Below are positions 61,701-64,000 of a stretch of DNA of 64,000 nt, in pieces. The DNA comes from Eukaryota sp. TZLM1-RC (lineage: Eukaryota > Protista > Metamonada: BaSk clade). Below the pieces are notes generated by a model. It was not told where the DNA came from. It did no database searches and saw only the letters and a list, made by a program, of their open reading frames with translations. The stretch lies in the NCBI GenBank assembly GCA_040285825.1, contig JAUPSS010000004.1, positions 1,455,485 through 1,519,484 of the forward strand. Reading direction: 5' to 3'. Positions within the stretch are counted from its first letter, which is position 1. Every line of letters starts with the position of its first letter. The translations under genes were made by a program, and so were the position numbers.

Positions 61701-64000
61701 GTCATTGGTATGATTAGATGAGTTGCATGTAGTCTTTATGTACTAGATGTGATCAACTTGTGATCAAACTTTGTGTGAAATTGTGTGTTAGTAATGTTGG
61801 CTATGTGTTACTTGATCAGTACAAACTCATGATTACATTTTTCAAATGATTTTTGTATATATTTGAATTAATTGAGTGTATTAATTTTTTTAAACATTAA
61901 ATTGTAAAAATAGTAAAAAATCAAAAAGTATACAATTGAATGTTGTAAACTAATAAAAACAATTGCTGTAAGTGTAAGAGTATCGTTTTTTTGATACGAT
62001 TTACTGAGGCTCATATGAAGTTCCTAGTTTCGTATATTGACCAATGGTTGTTTATTACAATCATTGGTCAAATCTTTAAAGTCCATTTTGGGACAATTAA
62101 TATAACAATTGTGGTGTTAAAGTCCGTGCTATGGTCATTTGAGTAGTCATTGGTTTGATTGGTTGAATGGTCATTGGTATGATTAGATGAGTTGCATGTA
62201 GTCTTTATGTACTAGATGTGATCAACTTGTGATCAAACTTTGTGTGAAATTGTGTGTTAGTAATGTTGGCTATGTGTTACTTGATCAGTACAAACTCATG
62301 ATTACATTTTTCAAATGATTTTTGTATATATTTGAATTAATTGAGTGTATTAATTTTTAAACATTAAATTGTAAAAAAAAGTAAAAAAAATCAAAAAGTA
62401 TACAATTGAATGTTGTAAACTAATAAAACAATTGCTGTAAGTGTAAGAGTATCGTTTTTGATACGATTTACTGAGGCTCATATGAAGTTCCTAGTTTCGT
62501 ATATTGACCAATGGTTGTTTATTACAATCATTGGTCAAATCTTTAAAGTCCATTTTGGGACAATTAATATAACAATTGTGGTGTTAAAGTCCGTGCTATG
62601 GTCATTTGAGTAGTCATTGGTATGATTGGTTGAATGGTCATTGGTATGATTAGATGAGTTGCATGTAGTCTTTATGTACTAGATGTGATCAACTTGTGAT
62701 CAAACTTTGTGTGAAATTGTGTGTTAGTAATGTTGGCTATGTGTTACTTGATCAGTACAAACTCATGATTACATTTTTCAAATGATTTTGTATATATTTG
62801 AATTAATTGAGTGTATTAATTTTTTTAAACATTAAATTGTAAAAAAAGTAAAAAAATCAAAAAAAGTATACAATTGAATGTTGTAAACTAATAAAAACAA
62901 TTGCTGTAAGTGTAAGAGTATCGTTTTTTTGATACGATTTACTGAGGCTCATATGAAGTTCCTAGTTTCGTATATTGACCAATGGTTGTTTATTACAATC
63001 ATTGGTCAAATCTTTTAAAGTCCATTTTGGGACAATTAATATAACAATTGTGGTGTTAAAGTCCGTGCTATGGTCATTTGAGTAGTCATTGGTATGATTG
63101 GTTGAATGGTCATTGGTATGATTAGATGAGTTGCATGTAGTCTTTATGTACTAGATGTGATCAACTTGTGATCAAACTTTGTGTGAAATTGTGTGTTAGT
63201 AATGTTGGCTATGTGTTACTTGATCAGTACAAACTCATGATTACATTTTCAAATGATTTTTGTATATATTTGAATTAATTGAGTGTATTAATTTTTTTAA
63301 ACATTAAATTGTAAAAAAAAGTAAAAAAAATCAAAAAGTATACAATTGAATGTTGTAAAACTAATAAAACAATTGCTGTAAGTGTAAGAGTATCGTTTTT
63401 TTGATACGATTTACTGAGGCTCATATGAAGTTCCTAGTTTCGTATATTGACCAATGGTTGTTTATTACAATCATTGGTCAAATCTTTAAAGTCCATTTTG
63501 GGACAATTAATATAACAATTGTGGTGTTAAAGTCCGTGCTATGGTCATTTGAGTAGTCATTGGTATGATTGGTTGAATGGTCATTGGTATGATTAGATGA
63601 GTTGCATGTAGTCTTTATGTACTAGATGTGATCAACTTGTGATCAAACTTTGTGTGAAATTGTGTGTGAGTAATGTTGGCTATGTGTTACTTGATCAGTA
63701 CAAACTCATGATTACATTTTTCAAATGATTTTGTATATATTTGAATTAATTGAGTGTATTAATTTTTAAACATTAAATTGTAAAAAGTAAAAAAATCAAA
63801 AAGTATACAATTGAATGTTGTAAACTAATAAAACAATTGCTGTAAGCGTAAGAGTATCGTTTTTGATACGATTTACTGAGGCTCATATGAAGTTCCTATT
63901 TCTGCATATTGACCAATAGGTTGTTTATTACAATCATTGGTCAAACTTTAAAGTCCATTTCCGACACCAATATACCAAATTGTGGTGTTAAAGTCCGTGC
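52796..64000. repeat. 461-bp tandem satellite, about 24 units, runs off the window end
   Basis: tggttgtttattacaatc recurs at 52796, 53257, 53718, 54182, 54643 and onward; no ORFs of 60 aa or more. Confidence 0.99.

Noticed and set aside
43128-64000. CRISPR-like array
   Set aside because: Units are long and fully repeated with no unique spacers; no cas genes; eukaryotic context
63840-64000. Sudden divergence of the last satellite unit and variable homopolymers in distal units
   Set aside because: Most consistent with low-coverage long-read consensus error near a contig end

Overview
AT-rich, intron-poor eukaryotic (probably protist) DNA with the look of a subtelomeric or heterochromatic repeat graveyard; the host cannot be identified from sequence alone. 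The left 7.5 kb holds apparently intact host genes: a GATA zinc-finger factor, an RNI-like LRR protein, a GNAT acetyltransferase and an RWP-RK factor. The middle is a nest of decayed mobile elements: two Ty3/gypsy families (one with a 79-bp candidate LTR, one with a chromodomain-like integrase tail), several families of CRE-like non-LTR retrotransposons with a restriction-like endonuclease (RLE), a hAT MITE with a perfect 8-bp TSD, and two Crinkler-type NTPase pseudogenes. A RING/coiled-coil/SEL1 gene and an RCC1/LRR gene also lie here. The right third is two satellites (452-bp and 461-bp units). Main discovery: relics of Fanzor1 (eukaryotic TnpB-like RNA-guided nuclease). A clear RuvC-II/Zn-finger/RuvC-III C-terminus sits at 4663-5145 (-), followed by a hairpin-rich candidate omega-RNA, and two tandem degenerate copies carrying the RuvC-I region sit at 20.3-22.8 kb (+). 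Second highlight: a 3.4-kb chimeric poly(A)-tailed retro-cassette inside the 452-bp satellite, bounded by a 16-bp TSD. All homology calls come from motif recognition by eye; no database searches were run.
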